This document shows, in pieces, positions 1 to 8,665 of a stretch of DNA of 24,509 bases (position 1 is its first letter; each line of letters starts with the position of its first letter). Where the stretch lies: positions 1 to 24,509 of the forward strand of contig DASXQR010000199.1 of NCBI GenBank assembly GCA_036507075.1, read 5' to 3'. This stretch comes from Acidobacteriota bacterium (GTDB taxonomy: Bacteria; Acidobacteriota; UBA6911; JACQSX01). The notes under the pieces are model-generated. The model was not told the DNA's origin. It did no database searches and saw only the letters and a list, made by a program, of their open reading frames with translations. A program made the translations under genes and the position numbers.

Positions 1-43
1 TAACCATGAGAATTTTCGCGGCCTGCGCAAATTATTCGGGAGC

Positions 44-114
44 GGAGAGACGGCCTGAGGGCCGTCTCAGCTTGGCAGGACACCGCAGAGAGACGGCCCT
101 CAGGCCGTCTCTCC
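44..114. repeat. REP-like inverted doublet (GGAGAGACGGCCTGAGGGCCGTCTC ... GAGACGGCCCTCAGGCCGTCTCTCC), copy 1
   Basis: Units at 44-69 and 90-114 are each internally palindromic and are reverse complements of each other. A near-identical doublet lies at 24226-24314. Confidence 0.85.
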
Positions 115-175
115 TTGACTTTTGGTTGCGGCTTCGCCGCGCAAAGCCTCTGTGGTGATTTTTTTTCGCAGTCTC

Positions 176-1096
176 CTATTCACTGCGGCTCACCGGAAAT
201 AATCGGTCAAAGTTACCCCCCAGAATCGCGGCCGTGTCCGACGGGCCAACTTTCAGCTCGGATAGAATCGTGAGCTGCTCGTCAAGAATACTTCGCTGCC
301 ATCCGCGCGGGAAAAACGACGAGTCGGTGCCAAACAATAACCGGCCGGGTCCTGCGACCGCCAGAGCCCTGCGAAATGCTTCACGCAGCGTGATGCCAAG
401 ATATCGAACCCAGGAATTGGAACTGGAAGTATCCAGGTAAATGTTGGGACACACGTCGGCAGCCATCAGCGCTTCCCTCAGAAAGCCGGCGCCCAGGTGC
501 GGAATGATAAAAGGTGTCTGCGGATAACCCGGCACGATCAAGGACAGGTCCAGCGGATTTCCGAGCCGAAAGTCAAAAGAGCTCGGCAAACCGAGCTTTT
601 TTCGTATTCCCACCGTGAGCACGCCGCAGTGTACAAAAACGGCACACCCGTCTGTTTTGGAAATCAAATCCAGCAACCGCCGCAAGCGTTCGTCGTGCAG
701 CGGGTAACGGTGCATGGCCGGGAAAAAACAGGCGCAGCGGAGCTTTAAATCGCTCACAGCCCTGCCAACACGCTCCAACGCATCCGGCTGCGTGGGATCG
801 ACCATGAAAAAGCCAACGAAACGCTCCGGGAAAAGTTTCACCGCCGCTGCCACCGAATCCTCATCCCGCGGTACGCTCGCAATCAGGCTTGACCTTCGCA
901 CCCGGTTGCGGTCCAGCTCTTCAATCCACCGTCGAGCCAGGTCGGAAGGGGCCTGCGGAGGACTCTCCCAACCCAAGACTTCAATGGCCCGGGCCACCGC
1001 GTCTCCTTCCCCGAAACGCTGGCCGGCGATTGCCTTCAAGAAAACGTGTGAAAAGAAATGACAATGGCTGTCATTGATCGTGAATGCGTGATTCAT
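176..1096 (-). CDS. Amidohydrolase family protein (amidohydro_2-type TIM-barrel metallo-hydrolase)
   Basis: 306 aa. N-terminal DSHCH (HxH), FVHCG, IIPHLG, YLDTS and LLFGTDS motifs in the order typical of the family. Confidence 0.88.
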   Translation of the reverse strand: MNHAFTINDSHCHFFSHVFLKAIAGQRFGEGDAVARAIEVLGWESPPQAPSDLARRWIEELDRNRVRRSSLIASVPRDEDSVAAAVKLFPERFVGFFMVDPTQPDALERVGRAVSDLKLRCACFFPAMHRYPLHDERLRRLLDLISKTDGCAVFVHCGVLTVGIRKKLGLPSSFDFRLGNPLDLSLIVPGYPQTPFIIPHLGAGFLREALMAADVCPNIYLDTSSSNSWVRYLGITLREAFRRALAVAGPGRLLFGTDSSFFPRGWQRSILDEQLTILSELKVGPSDTAAILGGNFDRLFPVSRSE

Positions 1097-1102
1097 GGGC
1101 GG

Positions 1103-1108
1103 ATTCTA
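1103..1108 (-). promoter_or_regulatory. Putative sigma70 -10 element (TAGAAT) for a leaderless amidohydrolase transcript
   Basis: The minus strand reads TAGAAT-CCGCCC-ATG, placing the -10 box 6 nt before the start codon. No Shine-Dalgarno is present. Confidence 0.5.
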
Positions 1109-1265
1109 CAATGTGCTCTGTGAGCGGGAAAAGAGGTTGACTTGTCCGCCGGGGATTACGGACCAGCGACGAAAACACTTGATTTCGCCCTGACGAAGGT
1201 CTAATTAAGGAAACAAATCTATCATTCAGTTTGGCGCTACCAGTCCTTTACCCTGGGGGTGGCAC

Positions 1266-1715
1266 ATGGAACATACCGAAAGAATCAAAGATATTCTCAA
1301 GCGCAAAGGTCACAACGTCTGGTCTGTCTCGCCGGAGACGTCTATTTTTAACGCGCTCGGCGTGATGGCCGAAAAGAATTGCGGCGCGCTTCTGGTGATG
1401 TCAGGCGACCATCTGGCGGGAATTTTTTCGGAGCGTGATTATGCCCGAAAAGTAATTCTCAAAGGAAAACATTCGAACGAGACGCCAGTCAGCGAGGTCA
1501 TGACCGCTCAGGTGATTACCGTGGGACCGAACAATACGGTAGCCGAATGTATGAAAACCATGACCGCAGGGCGCCTGCGCCATCTGCCCGTGCTGGAAAA
1601 TGACCGCGTGATCGGCATGGTTTCCATCGGCGACCTCGTGAATTCCATCATCTCCGTCCAACGCGAAAGCATCCATCACCTGGAAGACTACATCATCGGG
1701 AAATATCCGGGGTAG
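1266..1715 (+). CDS. CBS domain-containing protein (tandem CBS pair)
   Basis: 149 aa with GIFSERDY and RLRHLPV...GMVSIGDLV CBS signatures. G-rich SD-like GGGGGT upstream. Confidence 0.93.
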   Translation: MEHTERIKDILKRKGHNVWSVSPETSIFNALGVMAEKNCGALLVMSGDHLAGIFSERDYARKVILKGKHSNETPVSEVMTAQVITVGPNNTVAECMKTMTAGRLRHLPVLENDRVIGMVSIGDLVNSIISVQRESIHHLEDYIIGKYPG

Positions 1716-1722
1716 GCGGCGA

Positions 1723-1942
1723 TTCGGGTTACGAGTTTTCGGGTCCGAGTTTTCGGGTTACGAGTTCCGAGTTTTCGAATTCTCAAATTCCAAATTGCAA
1801 ATGCGGAAAACCCAAATCTGGTAACTGAAACTCATTTGGGAACTCGTAACCCGAAAACCCGCAACTCGTAATCTGAAAACCGCAACCCGTAACTCGAAAC
1901 CCGCAACTCGTAACTCGAAAACTCGTCAACTCGGAACTCGGT
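1723..1942. repeat. Inverted heptamer tandem arrays (GGGTTAC/GAGTTTT left arm; AACTCGT/AACCCGA right arm)
   Basis: Degenerate arrays with roughly 7-nt periodicity. TTTTCGGGTTACGAGTTCC (1750-1768) is the exact reverse complement of GGAACTCGTAACCCGAAAA (1839-1857). An inner CAAAT-type heptamer run lies near 1781-1802. Confidence 0.88.
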
Positions 1943-1945
1943 CAA

Positions 1946-2728
1946 ATGCCCGTCGACAATCAGATTTACAACCGTCTGGCGGATAGCTGGTGGGATGAAG
2001 ATGGCTTTCTGCATATTATTCGAACCGCGCTGAACCCCGGCCGCTTTGGCTATTTCCGGAAGGTTTTGATCGATGAACTGAAGATGGCACCGCAGGGCAA
2101 GCTTGTCCTGGACATCGGCTGCGGCGGCGGACTGCTGGCGGAAGAGTTTGCCGCTATGGGATGCCGGGTCACCGGCATCGATCCTTCCCGGGCTTCGCTG
2201 GAAACGGCGCGCCGGCACGCCCTCAATCAACGCCTCGACATCCAATATCTTCAAGGCGCGGGGGAATTCATTCCGTTCAAGGACCAGGCCTTTGACATCG
2301 CCTGTTGCTGTGATGTCCTCGAACACGTGGGCGATCTCACTGACGTGATCTCAGAAACCGCACGCGTACTGAAACCGGGCGGCATTTATTTCTACGACAC
2401 CATCAATCGAACCCTTCAAAGCAAGCTGGTAACGATCAAGTTGTTCCAGGATTGGAACTGGACCTCCTTTATGCCTCCCCGTCTTCACGATTGGAATATG
2501 TACATCAAGCCTGAAGAATTACGCGCCGTCATGGCGCGCCACAATCTGGAAAACCGGGGCCTGACGGGAATGCGTCCCCGTATCAGTCCTCTGAAATTGA
2601 TTCGATCGCTCCGCCGGCGCAAGCGAGGAGAGATTTCCTACGCGGAGCTGGGACGCCGGATGCAACTCAAGCTGGATTCCAATTTGTCGGTCATGTATGT
2701 CGGCTATGCAGTAAAGCGGCAGGTTTGA
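1946..2728 (+). CDS. ubiG: UbiG-like SAM-dependent O-methyltransferase
   Basis: 260 aa with WWD..G.L...NP.R N-terminus, VLDIGCGGGLLAE motif I, DVLEHV, LKPGG, TINRT and HDW...IKPEEL, all characteristic of the UbiG family. The actual substrate is uncertain. Confidence 0.8.
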   Translation: MPVDNQIYNRLADSWWDEDGFLHIIRTALNPGRFGYFRKVLIDELKMAPQGKLVLDIGCGGGLLAEEFAAMGCRVTGIDPSRASLETARRHALNQRLDIQYLQGAGEFIPFKDQAFDIACCCDVLEHVGDLTDVISETARVLKPGGIYFYDTINRTLQSKLVTIKLFQDWNWTSFMPPRLHDWNMYIKPEELRAVMARHNLENRGLTGMRPRISPLKLIRSLRRRKRGEISYAELGRRMQLKLDSNLSVMYVGYAVKRQV

Positions 2729-2733
2729 ACGAA

Positions 2734-2913
2734 AGGCGGAAGGCGGAAAGCGGAAAGCGGAAGGCAGAAGGCGGAAGGCAGAAGGTGGAAGGCAGGAGGC
2801 GGGAGACAGGAGACAGGAGACAGGAGGCAGGAGGCAGGAGGCTGGAGGCGGATGGCACCCGCCTCCCGCCTCCTGCCTCCTGCCTTCCGCCTTCCGCTTA
2901 CCGCCTTCCGCCT
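2734..2913. repeat. Inverted heptamer array element (AGGCGGA/AGGCAGG x17, 5-nt loop, CCTGCCT/TCCGCCT x8), 'empty' form
   Basis: 17 in-register heptamers at 2734-2852, loop TGGCA at 2853-2857, then 8 reverse-complement heptamers at 2858-2913. It begins 5 nt after the ubiG stop. Confidence 0.93.
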
Positions 2914-2936
2914 CGGGTGTTATAAACTCAGGAGCC

Positions 2937-5690
2937 ATGCAAAGACAAACCGCGCTTTTCATCGCTCTGTTGGGACTTGTTCTGGCGGTTTTTGCGTCCG
3001 GCCAGGAAAAGCCCGCAAGCAACGCCTCCACTGCGTTGCCGGGACAGCGCTCCGACGGATCTGTACTGCTTCCGAATCAATGGTCTTTGAGGCCGGTAGG
3101 AAGACAGGCGGTTCTCGGAGATTTTCCCGTGAACATAGCGGTTCATCCGGCAAGCCGATTTGCGGCCATTCTTCACAGCGGCTACAGCACGCATGAAATC
3201 GTGGTGGTCGAGATACAGCCTGGGCCGGCTGCCGGTAATTCAGGCCGGCGTCCAGTCACTCGCGCCGCAAGCCCGGCGGGCAGCTCCGCTTCTCCAACCG
3301 CACCGCCACGCCCGCCCGAAGTTGTTTCGCGTGTCACGGTTCCCGAATCGTTTTATGGAGTCGAGTTTTCACGCGACGGAAGCACTCTTTACTGCAGTGG
3401 AGCAGGCGATGAGGTAATCCATGCGTTTGCGTTCAAAGATGGCTATCTTTCGTCCCGGCGGCCGATTCCACTACGCGATCCGACACGCCGCGGCATCCCT
3501 GCGGGAATTGCGCTCAACAGTCAGAGCACCCGCCTGTGGGTGGCCAACGTCTTTGGCCACAGTGTCACCGAATTGAACGTTCAGACCGGGGCGAGCACGG
3601 AGATCTTGCTTGCATCTGGCGCGTCCAATCCGGAACAACCGTTGAGTGCCTCCCGATCAAAGTTAATGTCGAATTCAGAATCCGGAGGCATCCAGACCGG
3701 GGCTTCGGCGTCCCGGCCTCAGGATCCCGATATCGCTGCCGCTGCCAAACGCGGTGAGGCACTGCTTGTGGATACCCGGCCCGACGATCCGTATCCGTAC
3801 GCATGCAGGCTCGATGAAAAACGAAATCGACTTTACGTGAGCCTCTGGGGACAGTCGGCCGTCGCTGTGGTGGATTTAAAATCCCGGCAGACAGTCGACA
3901 GATGGCCCACCCAGGAACACCCGAACGAGATGCTGCTAAGCCGCGAGGGCAAACATTTATATGTTGCCAATGCGAATCGGAACACCGTCACGGTAATCGA
4001 TACGGAAAGCGGCAAGCCGCTTGAAACTATTTCAGCGTCGCTTTATCCGGTCCCGCTTCCCGGCTCGAACCCGAATAGCCTTGCATTATCACCGGATGAA
4101 AAGACACTCTTTGTAGCAAACGCAAACAACAACAACGTCGCTGTTTTCGACGTTTCAGTCCCTGGGCGCAGCAACTCAATGGGCTACATCCCGGTGGGAT
4201 GGTATCCGACCTCTGTTCGCGTTACGCCTGACGGCAAGCACTTGCTGATAGCGAACGGAAAAGGCTTGATTTCGAAGGCAAACTGGAACGGACCACAGCC
4301 GGGCAAGGATCCTCCCGCATCGGTCAGAGAGTACATCGGCTCGCTGTTCCGCGGTACTTTGAGTGTGATCGATTTGCCCGAGCGTGGTGTGTTTGAAAAG
4401 CAACTGGTCGCCTATACGGCGCAGGCTTTCAGATGCAGTCCTCTGGATCCCAAGAGCAGACCGCCGGAGCGCTCGCCGGACAATCCCGTGCCGGCAAGAC
4501 TGGGAGATTTGAGTCCCATAAAGCACTGCATTTATGTAATCAAAGAAAACCGCACTTATGATCAGGTGCTGGGCGACATGCCCGCCGGGAATGGAGACCC
4601 CAGCCTCTGCCTGTTCGGAGAAAAAGTTACTCCCAATCACCACAAGCTCGCCCGCGAGTTTGTGCTGCTGGACAATTTTTATGTTGACAGCGAAGTGAGC
4701 GCTGACGGTCATGAGTGGTCAATGGGCGCATATGCGACCGATTTCGTAGAAAAATTTTGGCCGCTCAGCTACGGCCATAACCGGAGCGGCAAGTATTTTT
4801 ATCCCAGCGAAGGGCGATTCAAAATCGCCGAGCCTTCCGAAGGCTACCTCTGGGATCGGGCGCGAGAGGCTGGAATAAGTTATCGCAGCTACGGCGAGTT
4901 TATTGATGCGGGAAAAACTGCAGATGAGCCGGGCAAGTCGAGAGTGGCGTCGCTGCAGGGACACTTTGATCCCTGGTATCGCCCCTGGGACATGGATTAT
5001 CCCGACGTCAAGCGGGCGCAGCGATTCATCCATGAACTCAAACGATTCGAGGCCGAGGGAGACATGCCGCGGTTACAGATCGTCCGTCTTGGCAACGATC
5101 ATACCTTTGGTACCTCGCCCGACAAACCGTCGCCGACGGCAATGGTAGCCGACAACGATGCGGCCCTGGGAATGCTGGTTGAAGGCGTGAGCCGCTCGAA
5201 ATTCTGGGCGCAGACGGCCATTTTTGTGGTGGAAGACGATGCGCAGAACGGATCCGATCACGTCGATGCGCATCGCAGCATCGCCTACGTGATCAGTCCC
5301 TATGTACGCCGCGGATCAGTTGATTCCACGATGTACTCAACCACCAGCATGCTGCATACCATAGAGTTGATTCTCGGGCTGAGGCCGATGTCGCAGTTTG
5401 ATACCGCCGCTGTGCCGATGTTCAATTCCTTCCAGTCTCAAGCGAATCTTCAACCCTACAAGGCGCTGCCGGCCAATGTTGACCTGCACGAAAAAAATAA
5501 GAAAACGGCGTGGGGCGCGAGGCTCTCGGCGAAAATGGACTTTTCAAAAGAAGATGCAGCCGATGACCTGCTGCTTAACGAGGTGATATGGCGGTCGATA
5601 CGGGGCGCAAACAGTCCCATGCCTCCCCCCACGCGTGCGGCATTTGTCTTCGTGCATGCAGAACGGCAAGAAGCGGTAAAGGAGAAGTGA
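2937..5690 (+). CDS. Secreted YncE/YVTN beta-propeller plus phosphoesterase (alkaline-phosphatase superfamily) fusion protein
   Basis: 917 aa with a signal peptide. YVTN-like repeats (LYVANANRNTVTVID, LFVANANNNNVAVFD, IPVGWYPT). C-terminal IKENRTYDQVLGD, SEVSADGHEW and EDDAQNGSDHVDAHRS motifs. AGGAG RBS at 2930-2934. Confidence 0.9.
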   Translation: MQRQTALFIALLGLVLAVFASGQEKPASNASTALPGQRSDGSVLLPNQWSLRPVGRQAVLGDFPVNIAVHPASRFAAILHSGYSTHEIVVVEIQPGPAAGNSGRRPVTRAASPAGSSASPTAPPRPPEVVSRVTVPESFYGVEFSRDGSTLYCSGAGDEVIHAFAFKDGYLSSRRPIPLRDPTRRGIPAGIALNSQSTRLWVANVFGHSVTELNVQTGASTEILLASGASNPEQPLSASRSKLMSNSESGGIQTGASASRPQDPDIAAAAKRGEALLVDTRPDDPYPYACRLDEKRNRLYVSLWGQSAVAVVDLKSRQTVDRWPTQEHPNEMLLSREGKHLYVANANRNTVTVIDTESGKPLETISASLYPVPLPGSNPNSLALSPDEKTLFVANANNNNVAVFDVSVPGRSNSMGYIPVGWYPTSVRVTPDGKHLLIANGKGLISKANWNGPQPGKDPPASVREYIGSLFRGTLSVIDLPERGVFEKQLVAYTAQAFRCSPLDPKSRPPERSPDNPVPARLGDLSPIKHCIYVIKENRTYDQVLGDMPAGNGDPSLCLFGEKVTPNHHKLAREFVLLDNFYVDSEVSADGHEWSMGAYATDFVEKFWPLSYGHNRSGKYFYPSEGRFKIAEPSEGYLWDRAREAGISYRSYGEFIDAGKTADEPGKSRVASLQGHFDPWYRPWDMDYPDVKRAQRFIHELKRFEAEGDMPRLQIVRLGNDHTFGTSPDKPSPTAMVADNDAALGMLVEGVSRSKFWAQTAIFVVEDDAQNGSDHVDAHRSIAYVISPYVRRGSVDSTMYSTTSMLHTIELILGLRPMSQFDTAAVPMFNSFQSQANLQPYKALPANVDLHEKNKKTAWGARLSAKMDFSKEDAADDLLLNEVIWRSIRGANSPMPPPTRAAFVFVHAERQEAVKEK

Positions 5691-6430
5691 TGAAAAAAAA
5701 CCTGGTGATTACTCTGTCTGTCCTGATGTGCGTACTCCTGGGAGCCTGCAATTCGAAATCGTCTCCGGGTGCATCTGACGCAAAGCCGGCCGGAGAACAG
5801 AAGCCTGATCAGAAGCAAGCGGAGGGAGCCAAGGCCGATGACAAATCGGCCGCCAGCACCGGCACGGCCGATAAACCATCGCCTGCCGGCTCTGAGTCCA
5901 AGGCACCGCAGACTTTGACAATTCCCGCCGGGGCAAGCTTGACAATCCGGTTGAACCAGTCTTTGAGCACAGAGAAAAACAGCAGCGGCGACAGGTTTGA
6001 GGCCGCCCTCGATCGCGACGTGCGCGTAAATGACAATGTCGCGCTTCCTGCACGCTCGACTGTAATCGGCAGAATCTACCACCTGCAGCGCTCCGGCAAG
6101 GTACAGGGCCGCGCCGAGATGGGACTGACGCTGACCAGCGTCGTTATTAACGGAAAGAGCTATCCGCTTCACACCTCAAACTGGTTTCATCGCGCGCCGG
6201 GCACAAAGAAGAGCGATGCAAAATGGATCGGCGGCGGCGCCGGCGGAGGAGCGCTGATCGGCGCCATCGCCGGTGGAAAGAAAGGCGCTGCCATCGGAGC
6301 AGCGGTGGGAGGAGGCGCGGGTACCGCCAAGGTTCTTGCAACGCGAGGCAAACCAGTGGCGCTTGCGGCCGAGTCGAGGCTTACCTTCAAGCTAAGCGAG
6401 TCGCTTGAAGTGCCTTCGGCCGGCAAATGA
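5690..6430 (+). CDS. Lipoprotein with TrbI-like beta domain and glycine zipper
   Basis: Start reassigned to ATG 5690, which has GGAG at 5681-5684 and a TGATG overlap with the upstream stop. MKKN...LLGAC lipobox, Pro/Ala/Lys linker, TIPAGASLTIRLNQSLST domain and GGGAGGGALIGAIAGGKKGAAIGAAVGGGAG zipper. Confidence 0.82.
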   Translation: MKKNLVITLSVLMCVLLGACNSKSSPGASDAKPAGEQKPDQKQAEGAKADDKSAASTGTADKPSPAGSESKAPQTLTIPAGASLTIRLNQSLSTEKNSSGDRFEAALDRDVRVNDNVALPARSTVIGRIYHLQRSGKVQGRAEMGLTLTSVVINGKSYPLHTSNWFHRAPGTKKSDAKWIGGGAGGGALIGAIAGGKKGAAIGAAVGGGAGTAKVLATRGKPVALAAESRLTFKLSESLEVPSAGK

Positions 6431-7275
6431 AAATTCGCATTATCCGGCTGCCCTATGATTCCGGCCACCGCTCGCTGCGAATGGGCCGGGGCCCGGAACA
6501 TCTGATCCAGCAGGGCCTGCCCAGAGAGTTGCAAGACCTGGGCCACCAAGTCGAGTTGGATTTGATCGAAACGCGCGTCCCCTTCCCGTCAGAAATCGGC
6601 ACCGCGTTCGATCTGTACCGGCAGCTTTCGAAGCGGGTGAGCTCGGCATTCAACCTCGGACTTTTCCCCTTGGTGCTCTCTGGAAACTGTGGCAGCGCCC
6701 TTGGAACGATTTCAGGAATACCGCTGCCTTCGCTGGGAGTAGTCTGGTTTGACGGTCATGGTGAATTCAACACGCCGGACACAACCGCCAGCGGATTTCT
6801 CGACGGCATGCCTCTGGCCACACTCGCCGGTCGGTGCTGGAAAACACTGGCACAGAGCATCCCTCAGTTTCGGGTTATGGCCGAGCAGGACGTAGTGCTG
6901 GTAGGGGTCCGCTCTTACGACCCTCTGGAAGAGCAGGCGCTGCAGGCTTCCCAGGTTACTCGGGTCGGCTCGGAATGTGTTCGAACCCGAGGAGTTCGCG
7001 ATGCCCTCGGACCTGCTTTAGATGCGCTTCGCAGCCGCACCGAATCAATTTATCTGCACTTGGATCCGGATGCGCTCGAACCGGCTCAGGCGTTGGCCAA
7101 CTCCTTTGTCCCCCCCGGAGGTTTAACGGTGGAGGACATCCGCGCCTCAATTGAAATGACGCGTGAGCGTTTTACCATTATCGCAGCGGCCGTAGCGTCC
7201 TACGATCCCGACTGTGATTCTGGGCCAAGAACATGCCGGGCCGTCATGGACTTGATAAAGGAGATCTTCCGCTGA
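6427..7275 (+). CDS. Arginase/ureohydrolase family protein (divergent active site)
   Basis: 282 aa with PYDSG...GPE, VWFDGHGEFNTP, GMPLA, LVGVR, HLDPDAL and PGGLT motifs. ATGA overlap with the previous gene. Confidence 0.87.
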   Translation: MKIRIIRLPYDSGHRSLRMGRGPEHLIQQGLPRELQDLGHQVELDLIETRVPFPSEIGTAFDLYRQLSKRVSSAFNLGLFPLVLSGNCGSALGTISGIPLPSLGVVWFDGHGEFNTPDTTASGFLDGMPLATLAGRCWKTLAQSIPQFRVMAEQDVVLVGVRSYDPLEEQALQASQVTRVGSECVRTRGVRDALGPALDALRSRTESIYLHLDPDALEPAQALANSFVPPGGLTVEDIRASIEMTRERFTIIAAAVASYDPDCDSGPRTCRAVMDLIKEIFR

Positions 7276-7474
7276 ATGATTTGATCCTTTCAATGCAGGC
7301 GGGACAAGTAATGTCGGCCTTGATCGAATAAATCCATATGGAAGGTGGCGCAAATACCCCGCAAAGAGTAATATTGCCGTCGATTCCGGGCACGCGGTCC
7401 ACGCGCAAGCAGGCATGCCATAGAGTGCCGGCGTCAGGGGCGCTGGCAGCAATAAAGTACCGCGTCTCTTTCAT
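7244..7474 (-). CDS. Possible small Zn-finger-like hypothetical protein
   Basis: 76 aa with H20-x17-C38(G)-x18-C57PAC60. It has no SD and overlaps the 3' end of the arginase-family gene by 32 nt. Confidence 0.4.
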   Translation of the reverse strand: MKETRYFIAASAPDAGTLWHACLRVDRVPGIDGNITLCGVFAPPSIWIYSIKADITCPACIERIKSFSGRSPLSSP

Positions 7475-7672
7475 TTATGAGGGCGACGCAACGTCGATTT
7501 TTTTTAAGAAAAACGTACGCTGCCGCACATAAATTGTAATCCACCTTTATCTATGCTCGACGCCAGAAAGAGTACCTCGAGGTGCGCATTGAATGAATTT
7601 TCAGGCGCTCTACCTCAGGGAAGCGGATAGGCGCTCCTTCTAAACCGTCAGATTACGTTTCAACCAAAATCC

Positions 7673-8110
7673 ATGCATCCGTTCTCACAACTCTGGATCG
7701 TCGCACCGATTGTTGGAAGTTGCGTGCTTTTGATTGTTGTCGTGTGGCATGGCCGCAGACTACGCTGGCAGATTTCCAAGCTCGAGGCCAGGCTGGGTGA
7801 TGAAATGAGCAAGTCCGCCGAACTGGAACAGGCGATCGAACAGTATTACGTCCCAGCCTGGCACGATGCTATGGAACGTCTGGCAAGCACGCCGATCTGT
7901 ACCTGCCCGCCCTATCCTTACAGAAGTTCCTGCCCTAAACATTCTCCGGAGAAGCGGAAACAACAGTTGCGCGCACTCGAAGAGGCTGCGGCCAGGTTTC
8001 CGCTGAAGGACCCGGCCATGCCAACGCCCGTGTTGAACGAAATTCCAGAGTTGAACGAAATATCAGAGACGGAAGAGTTGGCAGCCGACCTGGAAGAAAC
8101 CTCCGCCTAG
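7673..8110 (+). CDS. Hypothetical membrane-anchored protein with CxC-x8-CxxH motif
   Basis: 145 aa. N-terminal hydrophobic helix (LWIVAPIVGSCVLLIVVVW), coiled-coil-like segment, CTCPPYPYRSSCPKH and an acidic tail. No family recognised. Confidence 0.6.
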   Translation: MHPFSQLWIVAPIVGSCVLLIVVVWHGRRLRWQISKLEARLGDEMSKSAELEQAIEQYYVPAWHDAMERLASTPICTCPPYPYRSSCPKHSPEKRKQQLRALEEAAARFPLKDPAMPTPVLNEIPELNEISETEELAADLEETSA

Positions 8111-8130
8111 TCGAAAACCCTCACCGAGAT

Positions 8131-8246
8131 AAAAAGAGGGACAGTCCCCAATGACAGTCCCCAATTTAAAATGAGGGACAGTCCCCAATTTATTTTATAG
8201 GGTCCCCCTTTTTTCCCGTCCCCCTTTTTTCCCCCCTTTTTTCCCG
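8131..8246. repeat. GGGACAGTCCC palindromic repeat cluster A1 with degenerate CCCCCTTTTTTCCC copies
   Basis: AAAAAGAGGGACAGTCCCCAAT at 8131, a partial copy at 8153 and AAAATGAGGGACAGTCCCCAATTT at 8168, followed by (G)TCCCCCTTTTTTCCC reiterations. Confidence 0.85.
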
Positions 8247-8410
8247 TACAAAAACACCACCCGGGTTGCGCTAACTGGTCGCACTCATTGACAAACAGAC
8301 GCTTGAGCGTGACAGGCGCGATGCCTCTTTAGTAGCAACGGTCGCCGGCGGTGTGGCCGCTCTCGTCGGGATCGATTTCCTCGTGACGGCACTCCTAAAC
8401 AGCGACTACT

Positions 8411-8588
8411 AAAAAGAGGGACTAAAAAGAGGGACAGTCCCCAATTTAAAATGAGGGACAGTCCCCAATTTAAAAAGAGGGACAGTCCCCAATTTAATTT
8501 CATTTATTTTAAAAAGAGGGACAGTCCCCATTTATTTTATTAAAAAGAGGGACAGTCCCCATTTATTTTAGTCCCCATTTATTTTATT
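8411..8588. repeat. GGGACAGTCCC palindromic repeat cluster A2 (24-bp tandem units)
   Basis: AAAA(A/T)GAGGGACAGTCCCCAATTT head-to-tail at 8424, 8448 and 8472. Further copies at 8511 and 8542, partial copies at 8411 and 8570. Confidence 0.9.
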
Positions 8589-8665
8589 GACGTGCGTGGC
8601 CGTAGACGATAAACGTCGACGTTGACGTGATCGGATGCTTGTCTCATTCAGCGAAGACTCCATAC

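Noticed and set aside
1832..2326. 164-aa minus-strand ORF
   Set aside because: It is the antisense shadow of the ubiG-like gene plus heptamer-derived YELRV repeats.
2519..3196. ORFs 2519-3031 (-), 2725-2925 (+) and 2852-3196 (+)
   Set aside because: They are translations of the heptamer arrays (RRKAEG/LPPASC periodicity) and overlap real genes.
5588..5689. Longer start for the lipoprotein, and 12390 start for the ICMT-family gene
   Set aside because: The downstream starts give a proper lipoprotein signal or TM start with RBS/promoter support. The extensions overlap another gene or the promoter region.
8260..8412. Integron attC site
   Set aside because: No convincing RYYYAAC...GTTRRRY pair with internal L boxes, and no integrase in the window.
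8285..8503. ORF with NWGLSLF repeats, and similar ORFs at 18145-18501 and 18218-18418
   Set aside because: They are direct translations of GGGACAGTCCC and heptamer repeats with no independent coding evidence.
8131..8588. CRISPR array suggested by ~24-bp palindromic direct repeats
   Set aside because: Units are head-to-tail or separated by short AT runs rather than unique, constant-length spacers. There are no cas genes in the window.
8589..8632. GACGTG/GACGTT hexamer-like run
   Set aside because: Too short and degenerate to call a repeat element with confidence.
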